From Iphione sp. A-MEVVRFRX5 (Eukaryota), in the NCBI GenBank assembly GCA_976226885.1, contig OZ320313.1:64914001-64978000 (forward strand): a DNA stretch of 64,000 nucleotides. The letters run 5' to 3'. Below are positions 12,027 through 24,120 of the stretch, piece after piece. Both the position numbers and the translations under genes were made by a program. How positions within the stretch are numbered: position 1 is the stretch's first letter; each line of letters opens with the position of its first letter. The notes under the pieces are model-generated. The model ran no database searches and was not told the DNA's origin. It saw only the letters and a list, made by a program, of their open reading frames with translations.

Positions 12027-15000
12027 GTTTGGACCATTCCCAGCTCCCTGTATGGACTGTCCCCTCCCCCTATATTTTTCTACTGTCCTCCCCCCCCCTC
12101 TTCATCCCCAAATTTTGGTATCCCTAGTGTTTTGACTCTAGTTTCCAGGCAAATCAAGCTATCAACCTGAATTTTTTGCACATGTTCCTGGGACCCATGT
12201 GCAAGCTCTGACAAACTGGGGACCCAAAAGTCCAGGGTCTGGCAAACTGGGGCCCAAAACACTGGAGAGTGGTGGGGCACTGACAGAGAAATGGCTAGAA
12301 CTTTGTTAATAATTTGGTGTGCACATAGCCCCAAATGAGGTGGATATGCAGTAAAATTCTTGGCTCAATTGGACCACAGCAGGCTGAATTATGGGTGGGG
12401 GAGTGCTAGCTCCTATGCGTAGCTCCAGGGGGCACTCCTTCAGGGGCCTGCGTCATGCTTTGGGTTGTGTGTCTCAGGGGATGGTACATTTTTGAGCACT
12501 TACCACCTCTGACGTCATGGGGATGTGGCAACCCATGGCTGACCCTGTAGCAGGTGCGGACTTTGTACTTGGCATAGTGTTAGTACTACACTCTACATTG
12601 ACTGAAGTATAATGGGCCTGGTGCAGAACCTTTTACCCAATTCGTGGCATCCTACAGCCATTTTGGAAGTTTGGACCCATCCAACACTTCCAGGAGTACT
12701 ATTGGTATTTTGCAGTGCAGGCCTGCAATGCAAGTACCAAGTTATAACTCAATCTGGCCAGTGAAATTTTCTGGATCCAAAATAGTTTTGAAAATTCCCA
12801 GTGTTACAGAGAACAGTTTGGGCCAGGCCTGCCTTGTTCTTGCCAAGTTTGACTGTTCTAGTGCCATTTGAGGATCTCGGACTAAAAGATGTTCATCAAC
12901 CCCTGATCGATGCAGAACTCAGGTGCAGGCCTAGGTCTGACCTAGCTTCCAGGATTTATGCCTGTTTTTTGCAGGGGACTAAGCTTAGAGGAAACTTGCT
13001 GAACAAGGTTAAAGACATTACCAATGTGTGACCTCGCTCAGTCCATGCACTCCCCCAGATGGCAGGGTGTGACATGGGGTTGGACTGCTGAATCTGCTTG
13101 CAGATTGGTCCCAAGAACCAATAATACCTTGTATGCCAGGACTATAAGCAACCAGAAGGGGGGTACTTATGAACCTTACATACTCACATTGTTCTCCCCT
13201 CAATAACACTTGCTAGAGAGGGAGAAACCAGCTAGGTTACCCGAGTGAGCGATGAACACATCCTCATGCTCCAAGCAACAAGCACAGAATGGCCAGCTCA
13301 TTTCTTGAATGATGTCACTGATGATGTGATTAACTCAAGTTTGCCGTTTAAATGTCAGTGCTACAAGTAAAAGAGGATACAGTAGCTCTGTTATACATAT
13401 TTGTTACATAAGGGGGGAAAAGCAACAGTTTCCATGGGTTGGCTCTTTTTTTGGTAAAAGAAGAACATATTGAACATCAACGGAAATGTCCATGGCGTTG
13501 CTCTGCTTTTATGAGCGCTATATCTCTTAGTTGTATGCAACAAAATGCTTTGTTGAAATAAAATGCAGTGTACGTTTCTGCAGGTCATTTGAACTCTCCC
13601 TCAAGTTTTGTTTGCCGGGGATTTTAGGTCATCTGTGGTAAGTTACATTTCTGTCCGCCCTTCCGTTTACGCAGAGGAACATAAGTACACGCCAACACGG
13701 CTTAGAAGGATTTCGGGCAGCACAACAAAGGCAGTTTACCATGATCATGAAGGACATCAAGTCAGGCAGCTTGTATTGCAGCTGCTTCTCTTTGTAATGT
13801 GCCCAAGGCCTGTAGGATTAGAGAATCAGCTGAACTGTCTCTTTGCAGGTGTTTTTTGCGCCTTTGTTCAGACTGTAGTAAATCATTGAAGTCTTGGGGC
13901 ATTTCACCAGCTGGTTTTATTATTAGATAATGTCTTCATGGTTGACAGCGAAGCCTACTTTTCCCTCTTTCGTAGGGATGTTTCATGTAGACAGTTAGCC
14001 ACTCTTTAAATATATATGTTTAAGTGGTAGATACAGCATGGGTAAGAGCTTGAAGCCTAGATATTATTAAGAGGAAGGTTTATGTGAGGATTATATTGAT
14101 TAATTCTGTGAAAATATTCATGTCGGCTTTTGCAGTCATAACTTGAAAATACTGTAAATGTGCTAAAAATGAGGTGATAATTTTAATTTTGATGCCCTTT
14201 ACATATTTTGATCCTCGTGCGGCAGCCCTTCCTTTTAAATCTTGCCTGCCCACTCCTTCACGGTCTTTTGAATGAGGCTCTTTCCTGGCACACTAAGTCC
14301 CTACAGCAGGGATGAGGGAGCCTGGCTACCGAAAGCAACACTGGGGATGGAAATGGTAGATCGCTGTCTCTAGATTTATCACCCATGCACTGGAAGTGCT
14401 GTCTGCCTCAGATAAGCAGGCGGACATACAGGAGCAGACAGAACAGCCTTATCGAGGTCTTTCTAATAGTAAAGGCGGGAGTATCTCTCTGGATTACCTG
14501 GCGAGGGGAATCTCAATTATTCATAAACATAGCTATTGGCATTAAGGATTGAAAGTTAAAGCTGGACTGAAAATGAGCCCAGAAAGGAAATATAAGTGTC
14601 GCAGTAGACACGTTCAAATGTAGTGTTTTTTTATGGATAGAAACTTCTTAGCACATCTTGCTTTCTCCATGCCCCAAAATGGCCCACTAAATAATCAGCC
14701 AAACGAAAGGGATAATGCTCTATATGAAGGAAAACGTACCTGTGAAACCTGTCTTTCTTCTCATGCCTCTAGTATGGGTACAATGGATGTCATCCTACCG
14801 TATGTTTTCTTGACTGTAAGGCCATCTTGGATCTGTACGCAAGGTTTAGAACTGTTAACTCTTCTTCAAACTAGGTTGGCCTAGGAACCCAAGCCGAATT
14901 TTAGTAAAAATTGTATTAGCTGGAGAGCACACAGCGGGGAATTTCTACTCTGTTTTCCATATGTATGTACAAGCCACGTCCACAGCCCAGCGACCATGGT

Positions 15001-15163
15001 TTTAGTTATTGTAAGGCCCGGTTTCCTTGAGCATGTTTTTTTTTTCCTGTACTCCGTGCTGGTGCGGAAAAACGGCCAGTTTTCCAGATGAGCACAGAGA
15101 CCCAATTGCCATGCATCTGTGTTTGATTTTCTCTGTCTCTGTGTCTCTGTCTTTCTGTTTTTC

Positions 15164-15325
15164 ATGGAGGTTGAAGCATATCAGTGGAAATTGTGCAGCT
15201 TTTTGTGAAGATTGAAGCATATCGGTTGAAATTTGTGTCTTTTCGTGGCGGTTGAAACATATTGGTGGAAATTGTGCATTTTTTCGTGGAGATCGAAGCA
15301 TATCAGTGGAAATTGTTCAGTTTTT
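15164..15325. repeat. 40-41-bp minisatellite, 4 copies
   Basis: Unit GTGGAGATTGAAGCATATCAGTGGAAATTGTGCAGTTTTT starts at 15164, 15205, 15245 and 15286, followed by ATGCAAAT twice (15326, 15337). Confidence 0.9.
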
Positions 15326-16195
15326 ATGCAAATGATATGCAAATAGAATATTACACATCATCTAACATATGCTAGGCAATGTTTTACCTTCATTTCAGTA
15401 TCCTACTGGTGGATCTCCGTAGTACAGAAAATAAACGAATATGGTCTGTTTTTGATCTATGCATCAAGCAGCACGCACCACGCATCCGTAAACATGGAAC
15501 ACCCTCTGTTAAAATCAGTGGGATTGTTCTTTTCAATACCACGCACTCAATGGTCCAGGGACAAAATCTATATACAAGGAAACCGGGCCTGATGTAGTCA
15601 CATAACATATTAGCATTGTTGAACGATTGTAATTTGGCAGCCGTGGTAGGCAGCTTGTGCATATAAATACATAATACAAACTAGGCTACGATGCTGTTTA
15701 AATGGACTTCCGGGGACACTTGCTTCCCTACTCCCGCACCTTTTCCCTGTAGAAGGTCTTTTTTTGCGACAGAGGCAGTATTGTCCTCAAGATGGTCATT
15801 ACAATGTGATGATGAAAAGTACTTCTCTAATTTTCGCCATAATGGGAACTGTGTTACGTCATTTCCTTGCCGACTCAGAAAATAATCGTATTGCTTGACG
15901 ACTAGTTGGTCCCGTATGATTGCCATCTGACAGATCCTATTGTTACAGTAGGTGGGGAACGCCAGTCGCCTCCGTGGCTGTATATTGCTAGTTTGATGGA
16001 GGGAACAGCCATGCTAGTAAGTTTGTCATACGTTTCTTGCAGCAGTGGTGAGTTCAAATACCGCTTGGGATATGCTTTATTGCCGGCTGATTTGTCCGTG
16101 TGACTATAACCAATTGAGTAGCCCGTCCCCCCATGCATATTTCAAACCAATTATGCTTCAAGTTAAAGCTGTTTTTCTAGGTTTACCTCCGGGCC

Positions 16196-16224
16196 ATAAT
16201 TGGCTCTCGTCACGTGATTGACAG
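16196..16224. promoter_or_regulatory. Composite CCAAT / E-box / PBX-PREP element
   Basis: ATTGG, then GTCACGTG overlapping the exact decamer TGATTGACAG (16215-16224). Confidence 0.35.
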
Positions 16225-19200
16225 TAGGGAAAAAACTGGTGAAGGTGACAGCGGGTTGCTACTAAATTGCACTTAGCCCCCCTGTAACTCTTGGTCCAAG
16301 CGGAGATAGGTACAGCCTACGAGAAAGGAACAGTGAATAATTTAATCCTTGGAGTCTGAACGACTTAATTTGCACATGTTTCTTTAATTCCAGGCGGCTC
16401 ATATTGCAGCAGGTCCGAACCAAATCAGTTTTATTATTTCCCACCACGATATAATCACATGTTTATATATGAGAATTCTTATATATCTGCCTTCGTTATG
16501 CCTGCTTCCTTACATTTATCATTCGATTTCTGTTCATGTGTCAATATGTCGAATTTCCAGGTCATGCAAGGTTGTTAGGTTATCTAAATTTACGTACCCT
16601 GAAAAATACGTCTAATGATTTCCTCCTGTCAATCGTTACCACAGTTTCGCGCAATGAATTTACTCCATTATCCATCTCACGTTCCAATGAAAAGTTAAAC
16701 AAAACGAGATGGGATGCATGTATGTGGTTACTACGTAGAGTGACATGTCGAGAAGGCAAGAATTATAGCATCAATTAAGCTTCTTTTGGACAGCGAGCGC
16801 CATGTTCTATGATGGAAAGACGGCGCTTTGCCAGCCAGAAATATCCTGAGAACCATTTCAATCTCCAGCTGTCAAAAGCACTCTTTTTAATCCGTGTCCC
16901 TAACGCGTTCCGTCACATCTGTGATCTAGCCAACCTTAATTGTATTTGCTGGGTTTTTTTTGCTTAATTAAATCAGGACAATAGATATTGTATAAAGAAC
17001 ACATTTTTCTACGGAACCATCTACATACAGCTTATCATAGTCAATTGACTGGGTCTCGCAATTTGTTTCATGGTATTTCCGAGGAACTGGGAGACCGTCA
17101 GCACAGGTCCAACACACGGTATCGTGTTTTTCTTTTTCAAAAAAAGTCTTTATCGCTCTGAATGGCTCAAGCTGAGGTTACCATCATTAACACGTTAAGG
17201 CGTAGTAAGGATCGACCTTGTCAATCGAAGGTGTGTTATCTGAACGGCCACGCACCTCACTTGGTGTTTCAAACAAGATCCAGAAACACTGAGGAAATAG
17301 AGGATCTGTCTATGCCAAGGAGACCCGGTCGATCACATAAATGTAAGATCCATTCCATCATTGCTTAGTTAAAGCCGTAGAAATCTTTTCTATCACCACA
17401 CATGAAGTTAATCAATTCTCTCCCTAGGCCCGGATCTCTCTGTGCATCGCCGTAGTTTTATCAGTCGTTGCGCCCGTCCGTCTCTCTCACTCTCCATCCG
17501 TCTCCGTCAGACACACACGCACACAAATTAGACCGGCACGCACGCAGGCACACACGCTTGGCTTTGCCTACATATAAAATCACTCCTCTGTATATTACCG
17601 AGTCAGGTTGATAGATTGCACGGTGATCGTTGTCAAAAGGGTTGCATTCCGGGGAGGTGCTACTGCAGGATTAGAGCGGCAATACATCATGAGCAATAGG
17701 TTAACACCAAGCTAACACTTTGTCTTGTTCAACTTCCCCATGCGAGCGCCATAACCCCCAGAATTGGTGAGGGAGCGATGGGGAGGGCTCCCAAGAGGAT
17801 TTCGCTAAATTAGACCCCTGTTGATTTTTTGGGGGGATGCTAGGTCTGGTAATTCCAACCTTGGCCTTTTCTGATGAACATAGTTGCTGTATGTGGGGAT
17901 TTTTCAACACACTCAGCATAATGCAGCTGCAGGTTCATCCAAAAACCTTACCGTAGATTTACTTATGTATAGGAATGTACACGCTCGGGCTCATTATGTT
18001 AATTGAATTTCCGTCTTCCTTTCTTTGAAAACAAATCACTCGCAATAGTTGTACACAGAGGTATGGATCTAAAGACGACAAGATATGATCATCTTGATTA
18101 CTATGAATATGATTCTTTGCCTACTACAACCTCCGAGTCGAGCTCCAGTCGAATTATCTTCAATAGGTCCGTCTTCTTTAATGGGTCCATTTTTACTTTG
18201 ATATTTATTTTTTTAGACTTCACATCCGTTCTACTAGTGCATATATCTGCTACAGGTCAGCTAATGCTCCTTAGGAAATGTTCTACTGTACTTAGGGAAC
18301 GCCCAGAAATGCTGTTTGAAAGAAGGAAAGGGGCCTACACGTATTTACAATACATTGTAGCAAAGTTCAACTGGGAATGACTCAATCCGGTTTGGACAAT
18401 GTCTTTGTTTCTATGAAGGAGGTACACGTACTTCCCTCTCTGTACAGTACTTGTACCACACACTGTAATGGGTTTAGGCTTTTCATGTTTATTCCAGGAC
18501 ATTTTCCAGTACAATACCTTATTGATTTGTAACTTTAGTATAACCCGCAAACATTACCAACTTGATCCTTAATTCATCTACACATATAAGAACATAACAC
18601 CATTGTGTTACAAAATGTTTGATGCAGCAATCATGGTCAAAAACTGTCATTCCTCTCTCTTTTCACTGAAACTGTCTAGGTAGCAGGATTTCAGAATTCA
18701 AAGTTTTATAGATTATTTTGGCACCTTCCTATTATTGTATGTCAACCCGGTTAGATCAGTTGAACAGCAGATATATGGTGGAGAAATTAGTGATGTATAC
18801 GTTATGAGTAAGAAGAAATATGCATTGAAGCCTAAAATGGTTATCAAGTAAATTGCAGGTGTGGATGGCACAGTTTCCTTTTTGTGGATATTCGTATCCT
18901 GTTTAGATACGGAAACGAATGATCACAAAAGCTCCCGCAACATAACGATATCTCCTACGTAAGATACATAAACATACTAGATAACCACCTAGTAGACATA
19001 TTCGGTCAGGTGATTGCTGCTCAGTAAAGTGTCAACCTTTGTTGACTTTAAATGATTTCTACGTTTCTCAAAACATGTTAATGTGACGGGCAGTACACAC
19101 TGACCTACGAATAACGAGAGAGGACCGTGCCTTGGGTTCTATGGATTTACCCCCACCTTACACCAATATACACATACGCATGTTTATACAATTTGCCACA

Positions 19201-22200
19201 TGTGGATAGAGTCCAGCTATAGGCAGAACCCATATCAAACACAGAAATGTAACACTTTGGATCACACAACCACCTTTCATTTACTGATGAATGGTGGCGC
19301 TCAACAGGAATAATATCAGGTTTAATGAAACACTACATATCGTACTAAGGCAGTGCTGCAAGGATGTTCACAAATCCACATATACATGTTCAAATCTTTC
19401 CTCGATGCAAAATTCATACCTATCGAGAAGAAATGGGAAATGCCAACATTCTACCAAACAGTGTGATCCTTCCAGCCTACGATAAGTTGAAAAGGTATGT
19501 CGAGGAAAATTTGGATGTTCCTGATAGATCCTGTATCACCAGCTCCCTAAACATGAAAGGCCTCCAATAACACGAAGATATGAGAGACTTTCGGTGACGA
19601 TATTCCTGGCTGAAGAGAATGCTCTGAGGGCGAGTTCTCAAAGCAGATCCACAAAATCATGCCCGTTCAAATGTGCAGGTACGGCTCAAGACCGGAAACC
19701 TTGGGCAAGATCAAGCATCAGTATAAATGTGGCACATAGAGGAGAAAATACAAGATGAGATGGAAAGGTTCGGAGTTGGGCTACAGTTTGCCTCTGTTAA
19801 AGCAGTAAATGTGTGCCTTGATTTCAATTCGTTGCGAGAAACGTCAGTATCAGAGGCATACTAATTTACCATGAAATTCCATGGGTTCTGTGTAACAGAA
19901 GTGGCATTACGCCACAAAGTCTGTAGAGATTTTGCTGTTAAGAGGCTTCGTTCTCGGGGGATCGCTTTAAAGAGGTATGAACCCGTACTGTTGAACCCGC
20001 AAATGGCGTCGTCAGCAGTGAAGGCAGAGCAAGCGAAGTCCAGCAAATGGGCGGATTTCAGATACCAAAATACCTTGAAGGCTGTGTACTGGCAGAGCGA
20101 TTCCAATAAGAGACAGACGTCATTAATATCCACTTAGTGGATTCCATCCCAGTTGAAACTGTTTTTAGTGTAATGTCATCAAATCAAATTTATTTAACGG
20201 GTCACAGCGTTACCACAACACGACTAACAATAGAATGATTCATTTCTTCAAGCAATGGCATCAGCTCTTTTATGACACCCTAACAGGGTTGCCTCCATAC
20301 CATTCAAACCAGCAGCTCTAGTTGCAACTGATAGCAGGCAGATTCTGTGCGCAGGTTTCACCTAAGCTTCTATTGCTTTTTAAGGAACTTATGTACCACG
20401 TACATAATAAAGAACAGTTTTAAAACCGTATCATTCAATTCCTTCACGATCATAGGAAAATACATTAGGACCGCTTTGGAAAAAGATCAGTTTCTGGTAT
20501 CATAGTTCTTGAAAATTTCGGGATGCTGTTGGTAGTGCTGCCCTTTCTCAAGAGATTTGAAATCAGGAAATGAGATAGGAAAGTCGGACAAACGGCGCTC
20601 TTTAATGGAGTTAGAGAACTAGATCGTGGGATCCAGGCAGTTAGAGCAGGGATCCCTTTACTGGAGAGACCCCGGGGGCATGCCCTGTTTTGAGGTCGGG
20701 ATCTATAGGGACCAGGTCAGGAGAATTGGCGTTCGACTGGGGTGGGGGTGGGGGAGGGGATGGCGAGGGCTGGATAGAGGGCTGGCGGCCAGGGATGCCG
20801 TGAGAGACGCTGCGGCAGCCGTGGGTGGTTTGTCCGGGCGGTATACATGGCATGCAAGCGGCCTTCAGTGCTGGTGGTCGGGGGGGCCGTGACAGTGACG
20901 GCCTCTTCGCCAGTGACACTCCCGCGTGCTTTACCCATAACAACTCGGAGGCTGGACAGCGGACTGTATCATCGCCAAGATGACTGCAGTATTGACCCAC
21001 CAATGGCTGTGACAATAATGTCATCGCTACCTCGCCAGTACGTATATTGACCCCCATGCCGGTGATAGGTGTATAAAACGGCGGCATATATGTGCGTGGG
21101 CACATACATGCCACCAGTCCTGTCCCTGCGAAGGTTCCAGGCGTGAGCGTCACGCAGCTCTAGTATGGAGGTCGGGGACGAGCAAGGCGGTGAGGAGACA
21201 CACGCCCAGCCACCACCCCAACACAGCAGGTAGTATTGAAACTCTTGTCTACTGTCCTCAGAATGGCCTGGGTCTTTTATGCCAACTCTGTATATAGGAT
21301 GGATGCTTGTGGATGCGTCATGGAGAAGGCCCGGGAGAAGGTTTCGTGAAGTGGGCCATTTCCACACTAATCTTGTGCCATACAGTGACTCACCATTAAC
21401 AAGTATTTTTCCATGGGGTGCAGATATGTTTCCATTGTTATAGTGTTTCTGTAATACGTACGCAATTTTGAATCATCACATATTGTATGTATGACGAATT
21501 GCAAGAAAAGTATTGGAATTTTACTCTGATGAACAGCAGCCTTTGCATACTGTATAGCTAGAACAAAGCCAATCTAGTCAGCGTTACCTGAAACCTGTTG
21601 CACATACCTTTAGAGGAGTAATCTGAGGATACGCTCCATGCATATAGCATCACTTCGAGGTGGAAAGTGTTTACAACAGTGAGCGGTAGTGTTAGGATGG
21701 TCAGAAGTAGGCTAGTAAAAAGGTTCAGTTGTTCCCATGCCAACGTTAACCGGACTCATGACTGACATGTGATAGCCCACCTTGACAAGTTGATTTGCAA
21801 CTGTGAATACGGCAGCACAGTTTTGTGGAAAAGACCACCCAGGCGTCTGAGCATCTGTTAAAGTTTAACTATGCGACGGTTTTTGAGAGTACATTCTGAT
21901 CGTAACAGTTCTTATTTCATGAGATGGTGAAGGTAGAATTATATACATGCACTTCCAGTGTACATGTACATCATAAAGTGAAGAAAGTATACATTTACAA
22001 TGCAAACCTACTATATTTATGGAGGTTTTTCTCCTATAACCAACTTTTTCCGGCATTTAATTCCAACATGAGCGATGTTAGTATAAACTACATATTCAAC
22101 CTATGTGGATACATGTACATGTTACACGTTTGGTGTCTGCAGCGCACATCCCAGTAACGTCGCAACATACATCCAAATATCTCGATAAATTAACTTAGGG

Positions 22201-22669
22201 CAGAGGAGTTTTTATAACTGAAAGCCAGAGAGAAAGGGAAACGTGTCAGTTTAGGGGACACGGCAACTGTCAGTGACTCAAGTAGCTCACCACGATTTTC
22301 ATTACCGTTAACCCTTGGGTAGTGGCCTGTTTAGCATTCGTAATAGTATCAGTCCACAGGTGTACACAAATGACATACAACAGGCCGGTGTGCGACTGCG
22401 GTGACCTGAATACAATATTATGCAGACATCCTTACCATTGTTTGCCTTTATGTAAATGTTATGGATACAGATAGATCACCATCACTCGGTTTTGAAATGC
22501 TGGCTGTACGGTCGAATGACTCATGCTTACAAATTAAGAAAACCACCGGACACCCCATATTTCATGCACCTGTGACAATATTATCTTAATATTTGGAGAA
22601 TTATTTTAAAGATAAAGTAATTTAGGGTATGCCTCGGATCATTATACCTAAAATGGCAGCATTTTTTCT

Positions 22670-24120
22670 CTACATTGAACATGACACAGCACATTGTTGA
22701 TACTATACGACACTACAATCATCAAAAACAGTTCACTATAGCACTATTCCTTGACATCTCCAAAGCTTTCGATACTGTCTCACACAAAATGTTAATAGAG
22801 AAACTGAAACAAATTGGCATCACAAACACAGCACTGAGCCTATTTAGAGACTACCTAACCAATAGACATCAATGCACAATAGTAAATGGAGTAAAATCAT
22901 CATACAGACTAATAAAAACCGGTGTACCACAAGGATCAGCACTCGGTCCAGTCCTCTTCACCTTATACATGAACAATATTCACAAAGAAATTCGCCCGAA
23001 TGAGTATGCCATGTATGCCGATGATACCATTATACTATGTACCAGCAAATCAATCACTGCTGCAATACAAACAGCACAACAGACACTTATAAGGACACAT
23101 CATTGGTTGTCTGCTCACAAACTAGCCCTGAACATCACCAAAACACAATACATGATCTTTGGCACAAATAGAAATATGAATGAAATCAGACAATCAGTCA
23201 CAATAAAATTACAAGACATTACGCTAACACAAGCCTCTTCCTATAGATATCTTGGTCTAATGCTAGACAACACTCTCACCATGAAAAATCATATAGCACA
23301 CATAACCAAGAAGTTAAACACTACTTTATGTGCCCTGAACCTAGTGAACAAATATGTGGATGACAACACCTCTCTGATGCTATACAAACTCTTAGCACTC
23401 CCTCATATTGATTATTTAGACATCATCTGGTCTTGCATACCAAACAAGTACATAACACAAATACAAAGATTACAGAACAGAGGCATCAAGAGAGCACTGC
23501 ACCTGGACAAGAGAACACCAACTATAGAAGCACACAGGAAAGCCAACCTAATGCTAGTATCCGAACGCATTAATTTTCATTTACTTCTACAAGGGTATAA
23601 AGCATTTCTCCAAATACATCCTCACTATACACAGAAACATTTCCAACTACAAGATAGAACATATGACCTAAGGAACAATTACTCGGACAAATTCAAGGCA
23701 AACCCTGACCAACACTCATCACACATAAGCAAAACAACACATAACAGAATCATCACACAATGGAACAAATCACATATACATGCAATACACTATGACACCA
23801 TGCACCCACTACAAAGCTTCAAAAATGACATAATCCAACAATGGAAGTAAAACCCTCAGTTACTATCATAAACCTGGATAAATCTCAGTTATCATAGTCT
23901 CTATTCATCTCGATGGGTAATAATAATCAATTATGGCCTGGTAAAATAGACACAGATATTGATATATACTAGATACATCATAGATTAGGTAATAGGATAA
24001 TACGTTAAGCTCTCACTGCTGCTATCAACCTCTAACAATGTACATCAACAGCACCGGCCGAATACCAGCCTTAATGGCTGAAGTCGGATTGCTGTTTATT
24101 AAAGAAATTTAAAAAAAAAA
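22670..24120 (+). mobile_element. 5'-truncated non-LTR retrotransposon (L2/CR1 group LINE)
   Basis: RT-encoding ORF followed by a 3' UTR with an extended hairpin (24047-24096, core CAGCC-TTAAT-GGCTG), ATTAAA at 24098 and an A10 tail at 24111-24120. Confidence 0.9.
22675..23850 (+). CDS. LINE ORF2 reverse transcriptase, C-terminal part (N-terminus lost by 5' truncation)
   Basis: 391 open codons with FLDISKAFDTVSH, GVPQGSALGPVLF, YADD, LALNITKTQYM, YRYLGLMLD and PHIDY motifs typical of CR1/L2 RT. Confidence 0.92.
   Translation: MNMTQHIVDTIRHYNHQKQFTIALFLDISKAFDTVSHKMLIEKLKQIGITNTALSLFRDYLTNRHQCTIVNGVKSSYRLIKTGVPQGSALGPVLFTLYMNNIHKEIRPNEYAMYADDTIILCTSKSITAAIQTAQQTLIRTHHWLSAHKLALNITKTQYMIFGTNRNMNEIRQSVTIKLQDITLTQASSYRYLGLMLDNTLTMKNHIAHITKKLNTTLCALNLVNKYVDDNTSLMLYKLLALPHIDYLDIIWSCIPNKYITQIQRLQNRGIKRALHLDKRTPTIEAHRKANLMLVSERINFHLLLQGYKAFLQIHPHYTQKHFQLQDRTYDLRNNYSDKFKANPDQHSSHISKTTHNRIITQWNKSHIHAIHYDTMHPLQSFKNDIIQQWK

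Noticed and set aside
12600-13200. Possible tyrosine-recombinase remnant on the + strand (KMFIN, GWTAES-like bits)
   Set aside because: Similarity is only suggestive across several frames, and the orientation is opposite to the gag-RT fragment.
17571-17700. TATAAAAT followed by ATG AGC AAT AG|GTTAAC as a phase-2 first exon for the IQ exon
   Set aside because: Weak donor, 21 kb away, and no independent support.
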